This document shows positions 18,301-33,370 of a stretch of 64,000 nt of DNA, piece after piece (the first letter of the stretch is position 1; each line of letters begins with the position of its first letter). The translations under genes were made by a program, and so were the position numbers. The stretch is taken from the NCBI GenBank assembly GCA_964016885.1, contig OZ024743.1, positions 43,524,001-43,588,000 of the forward strand, in the 5' to 3' direction. The notes under the pieces were generated by a model. It did no database searches. It saw only the letters and a program-made list of their open reading frames with translations, and had not been told where the DNA came from. Source of the stretch: Eledone cirrhosa. Taxonomy: Eukaryota.

Positions 18301-19055
18301 ATCTTTACGTTCAACAAACGTCGCTTGTTGGCGCAATTGTTAGGCTGTGAAGTGGTTTAGCTCTGGATCTATTTCGTCCCAGTGTAGCTTTATTCTGTTC
18401 ATGTAACCAACAGAAGGATTTTTTTTTTTGCCATTTCATAACAATTAAATAAATCTCATTAACTTCGAAACTGCAAGGGAAATGTGATTTATAATTTCCG
18501 TTTCTTCTATAGCTACAACTCAATAAATTTCTTTACATTTTTCATTGATATTCTCACTGATTTTCTTCGAACAATTATTTTCGTTCCTTTTGTTCGGTAA
18601 ATTATTATTGTTGTGTCCATTCATGCTATTTGCAGCAAATGCTTGTAAAATAAATTGTCTTTACTCGGGTATCTCTACGAATTCGAATAAAAGCTGTCTT
18701 CAGTGGATATAGTTAGAAGAATACCAGTTATTCAACATGACTGGTAGTTGGGGCATTACTGCCGGAGATAGTATTCATCTTAAATTTAATAAATAGTCTC
18801 CCACGACAAAATGTGTGACTGATCGCGTTGACTGTATGTCTGTCTGCCTGCATGTATTAATGTATATATGCATGTATGTGTATGTATGTATGTGTCTTTC
18901 TGCATTTTAGGTATTCATATCATATAAGCGTCAATGGCAACAACTGATTTTTTTTCAAAAGTACATCACGAAATGAATGATATATTATAGGTTTTTCATA
19001 TCACAATGGATATGATGATGTCTTCACAATAGGAATATGATTAGCAACAACATTA

Positions 19056-19069
19056 TCAGCAGCAGCAGC

Positions 19070-19100
<31 letters not shown>

Positions 19101-19141
19101 GTAGTAGCAGCAGCAGCAGCAGCAGCAGCAGTAGCAGCAGC

Positions 19142-19200
<59 letters not shown>
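19056..19200. repeat. (AGC)n/(AGT)n microsatellite
   Basis: Direct reading. Confidence 0.95.
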
Positions 19201-21029
19201 GGATAACTGCTTCTACTTTGACACAAGGCCTTTTTGTCTCAGCAGTTATATATCGATTACACCTATTCCAGTAATCTGCCGATCCTTTTTTAGCGTCTCC
19301 GAATTCATGATAGGAATTCTTAACGAAATACTGCAATGCATTTCATCAGATGCAATAACATGTTTGTAAACTACCGCTCTTAATTCCTACCAATTTATAA
19401 TAAGGATGTATTTATCAGTTACAACAGATTATGCATATAGTGCAATATCCACTATGAACATAGGAATTACAGTATATATGGAGACTGGTAAACAATGTAA
19501 TATAAAAAATATGAAAATTAGCACATGGTTGAAATTCAAATAAAATTTGATAAGTTACGAAATAAGTAGAACATTATTATAAAGCAACATAAATAACACA
19601 AGTATAATCTAAATCATGAAAATCATTTAGATGTACCCACACAATTAGGTGGCAATCACTAATCGAATGAGCACATCACATTACTCCCGGTGTGCCATAC
19701 ATTTTCCAATAACTTAAGCATGTTATTTTCTTTTTTTTTGCGTGGTTCTTTAATAGAAAAACCTATATTTTCTCCTCAAAATTGTTTTATTACTTTATAT
19801 ATTTCTTTCGCTATTAAAAGCAAATGTCTATCATTAAGGTGCTCTTGATATATTACTTTCATCTCTCGGTCCTTTTAGACATTGTGGGCGTTTTACTCTT
19901 CAAATCGTTGAGTGTATTAAGTATAACAATGTTGCTCTATTTATAAATCTGTATTTATAATTCGTCTGCTTTTCAGAAGCTTTCTGATAATGTTGTTTTG
20001 TTTATCTTTGTTTTAGTCTTGTTTTTATATTCATTTTTAAGTATATATCTTACAATAGGTCGTGGGTTCGATTCCAGAACAGAGAGTTGTGCTGTGCTCT
20101 TGAGCGGAATATACGAGTGGCGAACGGAAGATATTGCCGGCAATGGAAACCCTGATGGAACCATAGATTCCTTCTTCCGATCTGACGAATAACTCCATTC
20201 TTTCCGTACATTTATTGTGGGTTGCAACTGAACACCACCACCATTTAACATGCATTCATTGAAATGCTTGATGCTACCTCGATATAAAGAAAATGAATGA
20301 ATACGGAATAAAAATAAATTAAAACTAAGTTGAATTGAACGTAAAATTAATTCAAAGGAGGTTTCTAAATTATTAAGCTAAATATTTGATTCTAAATCTA
20401 TTACATAAGAAATATAGGCCTGATATTTTAGAATATGCAAAGGAAAGATCCAGGAAATATATATGGATGAGTATCCCGTTACTCAAACTGGATATAAAAT
20501 AAAATCTGGGTGTATTACGAAACTAATTTCCAACTTATAAAATGAATTATCCATGGAATTAAATGGTAATCTAAGGTGATGATAAAGTGTTGAGAATGTA
20601 ATCAATAACATTGTATCTGTCTAGTGGAAAAATGAGTATATGGACGGTGGTAACAAATTGAAGGATATAGAAGAAAGAAGGTGAAACTATTGTATGCTTC
20701 CATCCATCAGAAAACAATGGTTCCAATATACTCGAACTTCTCTCAGTTACCAAATTATGTGGAAGGGTGTCAATCACCAGATCGGGTCAAGGAAACAGTT
20801 TCCATTTGTCTTTCAATTACTGATACTATCAGGAGGCGAGATTTAACCTCAGAACGCACAACATCGGAGCAGACAATGCAACTTACCATCTCCGCCTCTT
20901 TACAAATTCGGCTAATATAGTGACCTAGGGTGTTATTTTATTTCTCAACACCGAAAATATGAAAGACAAGATTGAATTTAGCCGGGGGCACAGAATGCCA
21001 TAATCGAACTTGAATATGACGATCTAACC

Positions 21030-21310
21030 AGTCTGTTGCACGTCGGGCTGAGGAGGCTAAAACTCTCCAAGTACCGGTCGCTCTCCGACAGGGTTGCTTC
21101 GTGCCCTTGGCAGTGGAAACTTCTGGTGTCCTTGGCTCTAGGGCTACCTCCCCATTTACCACCATAGGCGCTGCGCTGATCAGTCGTAGGTGTGAGCCTC
21201 GCGAATTGGAATGGGTCTTCCAACGCGTCTCCCTTATCATCCTCCGGGGAAATGCCTTCTCCATCCTGTCCGCGGGGGATGTGGGGAGGCCAGCACGCGG
21301 GACCCCATTG
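21030..21310 (+). mobile_element. CRE-like non-LTR 3' fragment
   Basis: FVPLAVETSGVLG..CEPRELEWVFQRVSLIILRGNAFSILS. Confidence 0.8.
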
Positions 21311-22064
21311 GCTCACCATACGGATTAATAGGCAAAGTTATAAACTATTGTATGTATTCATTGTGGTCAGTAAATAATTACAAATTGTTTACCCGTCTGC
21401 CTATTAACCACCTATGGAGGAAACATTCCCACGGACTTTTGATTTTTAATACTATCTGCTAGTCCTATCGTCTGTCGAAAGGAGAGAGAACACAAGAATA
21501 CACAAGGATGTCATACCCTGGATATGATATTTCTTTTTATAGAAACAAATATATCCATATTTAAGTACATGAAACTCAAAACAACCAGAAATGTTGGATT
21601 GTAAACTGGAACATTCTGTATGAACATTAGTGCCTTATGTAATATAAATGTGATGCAGAAAATTGTATAAACCGAACCACAGAATTTACACACAAAGTCC
21701 AAACACAACGTGGCAGAACGACGATAAATGCTGTAAAGCATATTAATCTGTAAATTGGAGTAACTATGATATTGATTTTTAAATTAAAGATATAGTAGAT
21801 AAATATAGCTGATTCCATTCTCGTCAGAATTTAACTTCTCCAAAACGATAAAAAAAATCTAGTCGATACCTGCTAGATATTGAATTCAAAGGTTGTTCAA
21901 CATTCTACCGTTTTTGTCTCACAAAATCTCTAAATTAACTTTTACTGGTAAAAACAAATTCACATCGCTGAGACAACAAAAAGGAAAAAAATACAGAAAG
22001 TGGGTTTCCCATTGAGTAAATGAGAGATAATAGCAAAACGTGGCAGTAGGTATAAGAATAACAA

Positions 22065-22172
22065 TAATTGTTTCTACTTTAGGCACAAGGCCAGCAATGA
22101 ACCAGTGCATTACTGGTACTTTATTTTATCGACCCCGTAAGGATGACAGGCAAAGTCAACTTCGGCGGGATT
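22065..22172 (-). mobile_element. SINE 3' half
   Basis: Reverse complement of the core and tail of the SINE at 9899. Confidence 0.8.
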
Positions 22173-22286
22173 TATAAGAATAACAAAAATGATAATTAAT
22201 CATAAATAATAAGTTTATTATCATCTTTATTATCATTAATATATATGTTTTCTTATTCTGATTATCTGATTATAATGTCGTAGTTT

Positions 22287-22322
22287 ATGATGATAATGAT
22301 GATGATGGTGGTGGTGGTGATA

Positions 22323-22404
<82 letters not shown>

Positions 22405-22475
22405 GGAGGAGGAGGAGGAGGAACAGGAGGAGGAGGAGGAGGAGTAGGAGGAGGAGGAGGCGGAGGAGGTGGAGG
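22287..22475. repeat. (ATG)n and (GAG)n microsatellite
   Basis: Direct reading. Confidence 0.95.
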
Positions 22476-22994
22476 GTGCCAATAAAAATACTAAAGTGAC
22501 CAAACTGTTTTCTCGAATCTTATATATTTTATAAGTAGAAAAAACGTGACTGCTATATTCCTAATATATCTTAGCAAATGTACCATGTTCAATCGTTATA
22601 AAGAGCTATATCCTATTGGGACTGTGAATATAGGTAATACAATGTATAGACTAACTTAAAGGTAATAATGCTCTTGCTGTCTTGACCACATTCTTCAACT
22701 AACAACAAAAGGAAAGCAATAAAACTGATGGCTTCTTTGACAAGACCTGAGTACACACGTTTGATAAAATGGCTGAATCGATTACAATGCAATATTGTTA
22801 GGTATTTTATCGATCTAGTATATAGAGAAAAAAAACCATTTAACCGAGGAAATCTATGAAATGCCTTTCATCTTGTAGTGTATAGTGTCTGTCAATCAAG
22901 ACGCTAAACGCATATGTTATTCTAGTGCCACAAAGACATATATTTTTAAACCAATGTACTTTCTGAGAAAATTATATTTGCCGTCGCAACAATA

Positions 22995-23190
22995 AATATT
23001 ATAACCGCCTCTCTCAATATCATAACCCTATTCTCTATATATACTATAACCCATCCCTTTCTCTATATTATAAACCCCTCTCTTTAGATATAGTATAACT
23101 CCCTTTCTATATATATATTATAACCCCCTCGATCTCTCTATATATAATAACCCATCTCTTTCTCTATATTATAACTCCCTCTCTCTAAAT
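22995..23190. repeat. Degenerate ~22-25 bp minisatellite (TATTATAACCCCCTCTCTCTATA-like)
   Basis: About 8 imperfect tandem units. Confidence 0.7.
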
Positions 23191-23249
23191 ATATGAAAAC
23201 AAATAGAACGTAACTTTCAAAACTTGATTCAGTGGAATGATACGTAATG

Positions 23250-23375
23250 CACCCTCTCCCCCACAGCCCCGGTGGACAGAATTGAGAAGGCGTTTCCCCG
23301 GAGAGCGAAACGGGAGACGCGCTGGAAAAGCCACTCCAACTCGCGGGGCTCATACTTGCGCCTGGCCAGCTCAGA
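23250..23375 (-). mobile_element. CRE-like non-LTR 3' fragment
   Basis: Minus frame RRKYEPRELEWLFQRVSRFALRGNAFSILS, homologous to the 21030 copy. Confidence 0.75.
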
Positions 23376-23961
23376 GGTCGTAAATAAGTTCTATCCACCC
23401 AAGTCTTGTGGAGAATACGAAGAGAAATGTGTCCGGTTATGGTCCTATATATAGGAATGTAGAAAAGAGAAAAAAGAGTTGTTGAGGTTTTCTTGGTAGA
23501 GAACATTGCCACGGTCACCATCTTTGTTTGAAATCAGTACAAGACGCTCACAATCCTATTCAATTCATTTAAGCTTCCATAATATGTTGCATTTCAATTC
23601 TCGAACATCTCATGAGTTAACATGTAAATAGTCGAGTATTATAAGAACAAGACTACCCTTACTATAAAATTCAGTTCGAATCAGCCCAACACAACATGTG
23701 AGACTACCGAATTGTTAAATTAAAGCAGAATCTATCCGATGAACTTGCACATAATTTCGATCTTGCTATATTCCCTCAGAAGATATGGCTCGATCCAAGG
23801 CTATCATAAACGATACTTGGCCATGATGAAAGAGGGTAATTTTTTAACCGGAATAATTCTCTTCATTATATTTATTTTACTTATATATACTAATCTAACA
23901 TCTAATACGTTTTATTCATCGGTTGATTAATTTATATATTAAAGAGAAAGGATTTGTGGTG

Positions 23962-24038
<77 letters not shown>

Positions 24039-24078
24039 TATATATATATATGCATATATATATATATATATATGCATA

Positions 24079-24201
<123 letters not shown>

Positions 24202-24833
24202 ATGTGTGTGTGTGTGTGTGTGTGTATGTGTGTCTGTGTGCGTTTGTAGTATGTATGTGTGTGCGTGTGTGTTTGTATGTGTCTTTCCTTTAAAAGATAT
24301 GTAGCAACGTGCCTGCTGTAAGGATGCTTTTGAAACGAAGTCAATATTTATCTAATATACAAACATAGACAAAACCACAAGCTAATAAATACACACGTGT
24401 CTATACAAATATGCATATCCAATTTTGTATGTATAGCCATTTTAAACATGACAGTGCCCAGGGTCAACCAGCTCTGAACGATATCTCTGCAGAAAGAGTG
24501 GGTGATTCAGAGGAATTTACAAGTAGATTAATAAGGAATGGACCTCATTAAGGGACTGATATATTTTTATCGACTTCGAAGCACAAGGAGGTGGACCGAA
24601 TAGGGTAAATCATGCTATCCGATGTCTTGCTGACGATACCAATTTGTTGATTTTGTGTTCATATATACATAATGGCTGCACCCTCGTTATCGAGTATGAC
24701 CATTGCACGATATACCATTATTAATAATTATTAACTAATTCTATTGTGCAATGCCTGTGCATGAAGAATATTTTTACATACATACATGCATACACACATA
24801 TACAAATATACATTCATACTCACACCCACACAT

Positions 24834-24920
<87 letters not shown>

Positions 24921-24943
24921 TACATACACACACACACACACAC

Positions 24944-24981
<38 letters not shown>

Positions 24982-26037
24982 GCGTGTGTGTGTGTGTGTG
25001 TATGTGTGTGAGTGTGTGTGTGTGCGTGTGTGTGTGTGTGTGTGCGTGTGTGTGGATGCTTGAAAAGTAGAGTAATCTTAGGAACCTAAATCCTAATAAT
25101 AGATGCCTCAATACTCACTGGGATTTTTTCAGCTGCTTCTAACATGGAACAAACCAGTTTTGAAAATTATCGCGACCAGATTGATCATTTTCCCTCTTCT
25201 TAGCTAAATGTATATTCTATGAACATGTGTTAGCTAGCTTTATTGAATTTCATTAGTTTCTTACAGAGAGATTTTTACAACCTTCTGGGAGATGAATTTT
25301 AAACTTATTAATTCTCTTCGTGTTAAACAATCGTTGTATTAAACAGTCTTATTTTTCGTATAGAGGATCTTATAGAAAAGCAATAGTGAATTTACTTTTC
25401 TTTTAGTTTTTGATTTATTTTTCACAAACAACATAAACAGATTTATAACTAGAAGAGAAATATTCTAATAAACACAGTGCCTTCGATAGTATTATCCTGC
25501 CAGCGATAATTCAAACTAAATATCTTCTTACATATATTATTATAAGAAGTTTATAATGCGAATAAACTAATAAAATAACGATGGTATATATGAAAAAGCA
25601 GTAAACCACTTACTGCCAGATAGAGGAATATATTGCCAACTTATTTAATAAACTAAACTAACAAGATATTTGGTAAATATTGTGTGTGAATGTGTATTTG
25701 TTTGTGTATGTGTCTGTTTGTGTCTGTGTGTGTGTGTGTATGATTATCTAGAGTCCTAAAAAAGGAACTCACTCTCACAATAATTTGTAAGTATAGTGTT
25801 AACAATTAATCGACTTCAGCTAAACTAGTGCACAGCCGGGTATTATTTGAGAGATTCTAGTAGAAGGGCATACCTTTTCATCTCTGGAAGTGGGGTGTAT
25901 TGCCCTGGCGCGGATAAGGTTAGCTTGGATAAAGGTGAGAAGCCAAAATACCTGTTGGGAATGCACGCTGAACTAATGAGCGTGGCTACATAACCGACAA
26001 CGTTGGCTGAAATGAGAGTAGAGTAGGGAGTGTTTAA

Positions 26038-26257
26038 CCCTTTAGCATTTAAACCGGCCATTCCTGCCAGAAATCTCTCACTTCTTTCTGTTCAAACAGG
26101 CCATAACCGGCTACTCATACGATGACGAAGTTATTGGTCTCCAAATAAATAATATCAACATCTCATAAATTCGATATTATGTGAGATAATTATGTGAGGT
26201 AAAGACCTTACCGTGAAAAGACAACGGTAAATATAGAATAATGTGAATGTTAATGGG
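26038..26257. mobile_element. piggyBac-type MITE
   Basis: TTAA|CCCTTTAGCATT ... AATGTTAATGGG|TTAA: TTAA target duplication and imperfect CCC/GGG terminal inverted repeats. Confidence 0.7.
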
Positions 26258-26689
26258 TTAACGTTGGTGAAGCTGCAAGAAGTAAATTCGACATAAGAGT
26301 GGGTTTTGTAGGTGATGGTTGTAGAGAAGGTTAAGTGACTGAGATAGATAAAGAGGGAGAGAGGGAGAGAAAGAGGGAGAAAGAGAGAGATATGTAGATA
26401 AATTTGATTGAAGTGGTGAATGTAAGGGTGGGGTGAGAATATTGGTGGAAGGAAGGAAAAACATTAAGCTGTCAACGGGCGAGAAAGGGGGCAAGGATGC
26501 AGTAAAGATTATAATGATCACACATCTCCGGGTGGGTCCAATGGTTGGGGAGAATACAAACGCGCGCATACACACACACAATATTGCGTACATTACTGTG
26601 ATTACCCCAATTGAAAGCTGGAATCGTACTGATAATTTGGGAGGGTCATGCTGCCAATAACAACACACCCATCTGTCGATTTTCAACCC

Positions 26690-27590
26690 AATTCATTACA
26701 CATTTCTAATTGGTTGATTTAGAACTTGGGTGGTGGTTATTTTTTTATCAAAGTTCTTTCGTCATACCTTCTGTGACATTCTCAGTGACTAATTTGTTAT
26801 TATGCGCCTCTCCATTGTTCTGTCCTACACCATCTTGTTTTTGAGTGTTGTGCGCTGCGTATTTGGGTTGTGCATGGGTTATATCAGCGTGTGTTTCTGT
26901 GTTTGTTTATGCATACGTTTATATACTTGTCATTTGTTGGCTGCTTGTTCTATCAGTGTGTTTCTAGTTTGTTATATTAGTTTGGTTCTTGTGTGTCTCC
27001 CTGTGCTTTTTTAAATTTTATCTTTAATTACATTGGTTCTATTGTGTCTCTGTATATCCTTATCTTGTCCTTAATTACTAGTTTGATGTTGTTGCTATTC
27101 CACTCATAATATAGTTTATTTTTTCATGGAGTTCGTTTATGTTTTATGCTTATGTAATATGTCGGAGTATTGCGTCTTTTCTGTATGTGGATATTAGTTT
27201 TACTTCGATGATCTCTAGTGTGCTGCTATGTTCCATGTTGAATATTGGTGGAGTACGGATGAATTCTTCCCACCGTGGAGTTCTCGCCAGTGTTCATTTA
27301 TCTTTTCTCATATGCCACGGGAAGTCTCACCTGTGTAGATTCTGTTATTATTCCTACAACGTCCCTCAGTGCATTGTATGCTATATACTACGTTGGTAGT
27401 TTTGCAGTTAATTTGCGGGTTTAATTTGTTTGCAGACTACGCATTTCCTATCAGTGCCAGGGTTTTATTTTTTCAAAAGGTTATGTTCTACTAATAAGGG
27501 CTATAATACTATCAGGAATACCTGCTCTTTCAACTGTCTTAATATTTTATTTTTTTTCTAGAGCCCCCCTAAATCTGTAAGCTACTTAGC
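26690..27590 (-). mobile_element. Old PLE 3' fragment (family E-like GIY-YIG and pLTR) with HHR at 26748-26788
   Basis: Minus frame RIYTGETSRGI. Motif TCA-CTGAGAA-T-GTCA..TGAC-GAAAG-AA-CTT^TGA. Confidence 0.7.
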
Positions 27591-29013
27591 CCAGCGTATC
27601 CACACGCTTGATGCTACGGAGGTTCACTTTTCAAACGTAAGATAGATAGTATCGGATTAACCGATATCTCATTTTATGTAAGCATGTTTTATAGAACATA
27701 TATACTCTATCAATTTGTAGTATATATTTTATACCATGATTAGTGATAGTTTACATATGTGATTAGACTGTGGCTTGATTTATCTCATATTATTATATTT
27801 TTAAATTATCCAATCACTTTTATTAGAATGTGTCGCAATTTGATTGGAAGAAGTTTACCAGATACAAAATAAAACTGATGTTTCTCTGCGTAGACTCATT
27901 AGACCGGACGTAATTAAAACATTTTAACACGTTCTAGATGTTTTTCTTTTAATATTCCACATATTAAAACAGAAACAAATATTGAATGTAACCATTACTT
28001 GAGCGAAATGATAACAGTATTTCTCTCCATTAACTTATACACACTCACATATACACACATAGACGCACACACATAGCCTCACACACATATAAACACACAT
28101 GTAGAGAAAGAGAGACAAGAGCAGGACAAATGTGAATAGTTGTTGATTTGGAAGTGTAAAGAAAAAAGAATGACGGAAGAAAACAAATATATATAGAAGA
28201 GGAGGAAAAGTTAGAGGCGTAAGGAGTATATTGATCCGGCGGGAATATTTTTCTTTTTTATTAAAACTGATCTGACTGCTTTTGATTTTGATTCACTCTT
28301 ACTTTTATTCGTATTACGTAATCTGCACTTCCTTGATTTTGTTAGATGAAATTAAATGCGTTCTTACGTTCTTAGGGTAAGCTTGTATTATGCAATTTGT
28401 AGGATAGTGCGCTTCTATTTCGAAGTCAATCAGGCACATTAACTAGCCTCTACTAATTGAGCTATTTGCAGTTTACTGTGAATGTATGCATGTCAAACCT
28501 TTACCAATTTAATCAGATTGCATGATGCCTAAAAAAAATACTCTTTATTTTGCCAATCTAATCAACTTCTTTTGCGTATCCGTTTCAGGGAGAAAGCACT
28601 TTTTTAACATGTGTAGCTTATTGACATTGGCATGTAATTTTTCTCTGGAGCTTATATTCTCCAGGTCTTATATTGATTACCCGCGGGCATTTTAATGTTA
28701 CCTGATTGCATTGTAATTTAAACTTGTGTACGTGTTAAAATGATTTGTAGTATCACCCTTGGTTTTCATTTTCACACATACACGCTCATACTCTCTAAAA
28801 CCATATTCATAAAATATAATTTCTTTTACAATCCATTTCGACAATCCCATTTACGTCTCTCCACTATATCAATTCTCTCTAGCTTACATGTACCCTCTTC
28901 GCAACCACCACCTGAACTCTTGACCAGTCCTTAAACACAATTAAGCTACACAGATATATATACAGAAACATTTCCTCTCCCTAAAAATAATTTTATTCTG
29001 TGAAAAGAAACAA

Positions 29014-29014
29014 T

Positions 29015-29082
<68 letters not shown>

Positions 29083-29098
29083 TTACTACTACTACTAT
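29014..29098. repeat. (ACT)n microsatellite
   Basis: Direct reading. Confidence 0.95.
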
Positions 29099-29334
29099 GA
29101 CTAACTCTCTCTCGGTTCCATTTTTGACCCAGTCTTTTTCTCGACAAGAAATATGAACAAACCTTCCTCAACACTTAATTTAAACTTTTTAGTTTTTTTT
29201 AATTCTGATTAATTGTAATATTCAACATTTGATAAAATATATTACGTAACCGGTTATATTTTATATACATTATAAAACTGCTTTTTTTAAACAAAACTAT
29301 TCCTCTCTTTTTTTCCATAATGTCACTTTATATA

Positions 29335-29435
<101 letters not shown>

Positions 29436-29496
29436 CATATATATATATATACATATATATATAAAGTGACATTATGGAAAAAAAGAGAGGAATAGT

Positions 29497-30190
29497 TTGG
29501 CCGTATACTAGAGCTTCGTCAATGATGTACTAAAATTTATATTTACTCCTAGAATTAACGATTAACTGATTAATTTAATTGGATGATTGTATTGATTGAT
29601 TAATTGTTTAAGTTTGTTTGATGACTTCTAGTCGAGTGCTTTATTCGGTTTTTATAAGGGGATTCATTCCTTTACCTCAAATTAGAATACACCGCCTAAG
29701 CGGGGGTTACCTCCCTTGGAGAAAACCACGTGTATGTGACATTCTTTAAAGTTACAACATACCCGCTTTGGCTAAGAACGAAAGACTTGCTGAAGAAGTA
29801 AATCCTATGTTCTGTCGTCAAAAACCATTATATTGCAGACTACTGCAATAGGAATTTGTCGATGTTGGATTTGCAGAAACTTAGCGCTGATGTTGGATGT
29901 GATATTGTGATCTATATTGTGGATATACGATGTAAGTTATATATTTTGCACTCAGCCTCACCGGTATGTCCAGGTCAGAATAAAATCTTTTCCTGGGTCG
30001 TGTATTTTCGTTGCTCTGGTAATGCAGTTGGACTGCCGACAGCTATATCTGATTTGCTAAGCTGTCCGAACGTAATGTTATTACTCTGGGGTCTTACCTC
30101 ATCCGAGTGCTAAAGCTACAGACCGATTATGCATATACGCTAGCTTGGTCGTATACTAAAGCTTCGTCAATGCTGTAGTAAAATTTATAT
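29497..30190. mobile_element. ORF-less ~650-bp unit bounded by a 45-bp direct repeat, in (TA)n context
   Basis: TTGGCCGTATACTAGAGCTTCGTCAATGATGTACTAAAATTTATAT at ~29497 recurs imperfectly at ~30146. Confidence 0.55.
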
Positions 30191-30208
30191 AATATATATA
30201 TATATATA

Positions 30209-31409
30209 TTTATTAAAATAACAGATTAAAGTTTAAGCAAAGAATCGCTGCTTTCACCCTTAACGGGATCTTCTGAAACTAACAAAGTCAATCTGTAAAC
30301 GCAGAAGTGGATATTTCAAAAAACGTTGCAACCGGAGGAAGACATGAAGACGATACTTTGTGTTCGTGGAAACGTTCCCTGGCAGAGAACGGGAAAAACG
30401 AATATAATACGTCATTAATAGGAGCGGTGAAAAACAATTACGCGCAAAGACAGAACCACGTTTATGGTATAAAAGAGGTCGTAGACTAATGTTCTCTTCA
30501 TTGTATGTTTTGTGAAGGTACGTATACCTTCTCGTACGTATATATGATTGTATATGTTATGGCGTATAATTTTATATTTTCTGGTACATATTGTTTGGTT
30601 GTGTATACGGGTGTTTTGCGTCTGTGTGAGTATGCAGGTTCGTACGTATGTAGGGTGTATGTATATGTGTACTTCATGCTTTGGTTGACTTACGTCTCCG
30701 AACATTTGTGAATTTACATGTAGCATTGTGCGCGCTGGTATTATATGTATTTATTTATTTATATACGTTTATTTAATTATTTATTTATTTGTATTCACGC
30801 ATACACACACACACATATTTATATATGGGTGGTTTTGTATACCTATGGTAAGTGTTTTCGCGTATGCTTGTGTATGTACGTATTTGTATGCGCGTATGTA
30901 TTTATTTAATTTCTATTACCTCTGTATTGTATTTATTTACTTTGTTCTTAACTCTGAAGCGGATATTCATTCGGTCTCCTAGTTAGAATTTTAGTCTACG
31001 ACTTCTGCTATACCATTTACGTGGTCTTGTCTTTGCGAGCAATTGTTCTCCATGCTCCACATATAACGTATTATCTTCGTTTTTTCGTTCATTGCCAGAG
31101 AACGTCTCTATGAATCACCTAAGAGAACATTAATCTACGACCTCTTTTATACCATAAACGTGGTTCTGTCTTTGCGCGTAAATGTTTTTCACTGCTCCTA
31201 TTAATGACGTATTATATTCGTTTTTTCCCGTTCTTTGCCAGCGAACATTTCCACGAACCAAAGTATCGTCTTCATGTCTTCTTCCGGTTGCAACGGTTTT
31301 TGAAATATCCACTTCTGCGTTTACAGATTGACTTTGTAAGTTTAAGAAGATCTCGTTAAGAGTGAAAGCAGCGATTCTTTGCTTAAACTTTAATCTGTTA
31401 TTTTAATAA

Positions 31410-31410
<1 letters not shown>
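30209..31410. mobile_element. Family B non-coding fold-back element (arms 30209-30498 and 31121-31410) with an HHR variant in each arm
   Basis: Long inverted arms ending in (TA)n. HHR 30230-30280 (-): AGTTT-CAGAAGA-TCCC(GTTAA)GGGT-GAAA-GCA(9 nt)TGC-TT^AAACT. The second copy at 31339-31389 has stem II CTC/GAG. Confidence 0.8.
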
Positions 31411-31443
<33 letters not shown>

Positions 31444-31444
31444 A

Positions 31445-31522
<78 letters not shown>

Positions 31523-32139
31523 GTGTGTATGTGTTTGGGAGTATTTGTCTGTGTGTTCACATGCGTGTGTGTTTCTGAATGCGTATATGTTCCATATTAA
31601 ACCTACAATTCCACATCTTTCACTAGTCTTTGAGCAAAATTGCTGAGAATATCATCGTAAAAATGCTAAACATAAGTATTAAGTGGAGTTTAGCGTTACA
31701 TCAAAGACGCTGATAGATCAAATATATTAAAAATTAAAGGGAAATATACAGTATGTCACGCTTTAATCACAAGGAGATGAAATTTTACGTTGGTGTGGAT
31801 ATGAAATCCAGCTCTCGTTGAAGGAAGAACCCTTCAACAATCATTGAATCTGATAAAAATATAATCATTATCAAACGTATTTCCTTGAATGAGGCCAGCG
31901 TCTTCACTACACAATTAAATAAATATTTCACTAAGTGAACGTGCAATAAATATGTTAACGACAGCTTCTCAGCAACCTGCGCCTTTTCAGATAAGTATGG
32001 TCACTTCTCAATGTTAAGCACCATATGTTTCTTAACGGTAGTTTAGTGTCACCCACATACAAATATGAACCTGTAAATAAAATTGAGCTGAATATAACAT
32101 ATATTACAACAGTTCTTAAATATGCATTTGAATAAATTA

Positions 32140-32322
32140 TTGTTTCTACTTTTGGCACAAGGCCAGCAATTATCTCAGTGTATTACTGATACTTTATTTT
32201 ATCGACCCTGTAAGGATGAAAGGCAAATTTAACCTCGGCTGGATTTGAACTCAGATCATAAAAGGCCGTAACCCATTGCTGAAAAGTATGAAGTCCCACA
32301 CTCTACCGATACTGCCAATCCA
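32140..32322 (-). mobile_element. tRNA-derived SINE
   Basis: Reverse complement of the 9899 family including A and B boxes. Confidence 0.88.
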
Positions 32323-32795
32323 TTGAATAAATAATGCTTATTTAGAGGCATTTATGGGGCATGTTTTGATGTTCATTTGAACTCAGATCAATTACTCTGT
32401 GATATAATTTGTGATACAATTTGTCTTTCATAAACACTAAATTAATGTATTTTATTTTCCGACAAATCCTTGTATAAAATGATAGTAATCTCATGTGAAG
32501 TTATTGATATTAAAATGATTCATAGAAAGAATAGGTATATATAGAACGGTAACTGAAGGAGGATTTCAGGGAGGTCCATTAATGTAGAATATGTTGCAAT
32601 GTTGGAGGCACTGGATATGTTTCGGCACTTTGATTCCAGAATTCCATTTTAATGTCCCTAGTGGCATGCCGCATAGTCCGTTACTATGGAAAGGAAAATG
32701 AAATGCCCTGGAAAATTATGGTCCTATAAAATACTTGCCCTGTCATGTGCCTCGGAGGGGAATAATCCATTCGTAAACGGAGATCTACTCTCTCC

Positions 32796-33123
<328 letters not shown>

Positions 33124-33163
33124 CGTAAAATAATCTTGATTCAAAACACTGAGATTTTCACTA

Positions 33164-33224
<61 letters not shown>

Positions 33225-33370
33225 ATGTGTTTGTGTGTGTGTGTAACTATTATTACAGGTGGTTCGTCACTTAAACGAGTGGAAGTTGTTACGCGATTTA
33301 AAACAGAGTGTATTCCAGTTCGAAGACGGATGTAACATTCCGAGTAAGAAGGAAGTCAAGTTTGCATCAT

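Noticed and set aside
18660-18780. Possible ribozyme upstream of the R4-like LINE (CTGAAGA on minus, several hairpins)
   Set aside because: Could not fit a hammerhead or HDV topology by eye.
19263-19386. Possible minus-strand host exon (ELRAVVYKHVIASDEMH..)
   Set aside because: Short open frame with weak splice signals, abutting a SINE tail; no recognisable homology and no partner exons.
25843-26030. GC-richer minus-strand ORF segment
   Set aside because: Its start lies inside a MITE and there is no identifiable motif; cannot distinguish exon from TE relic.
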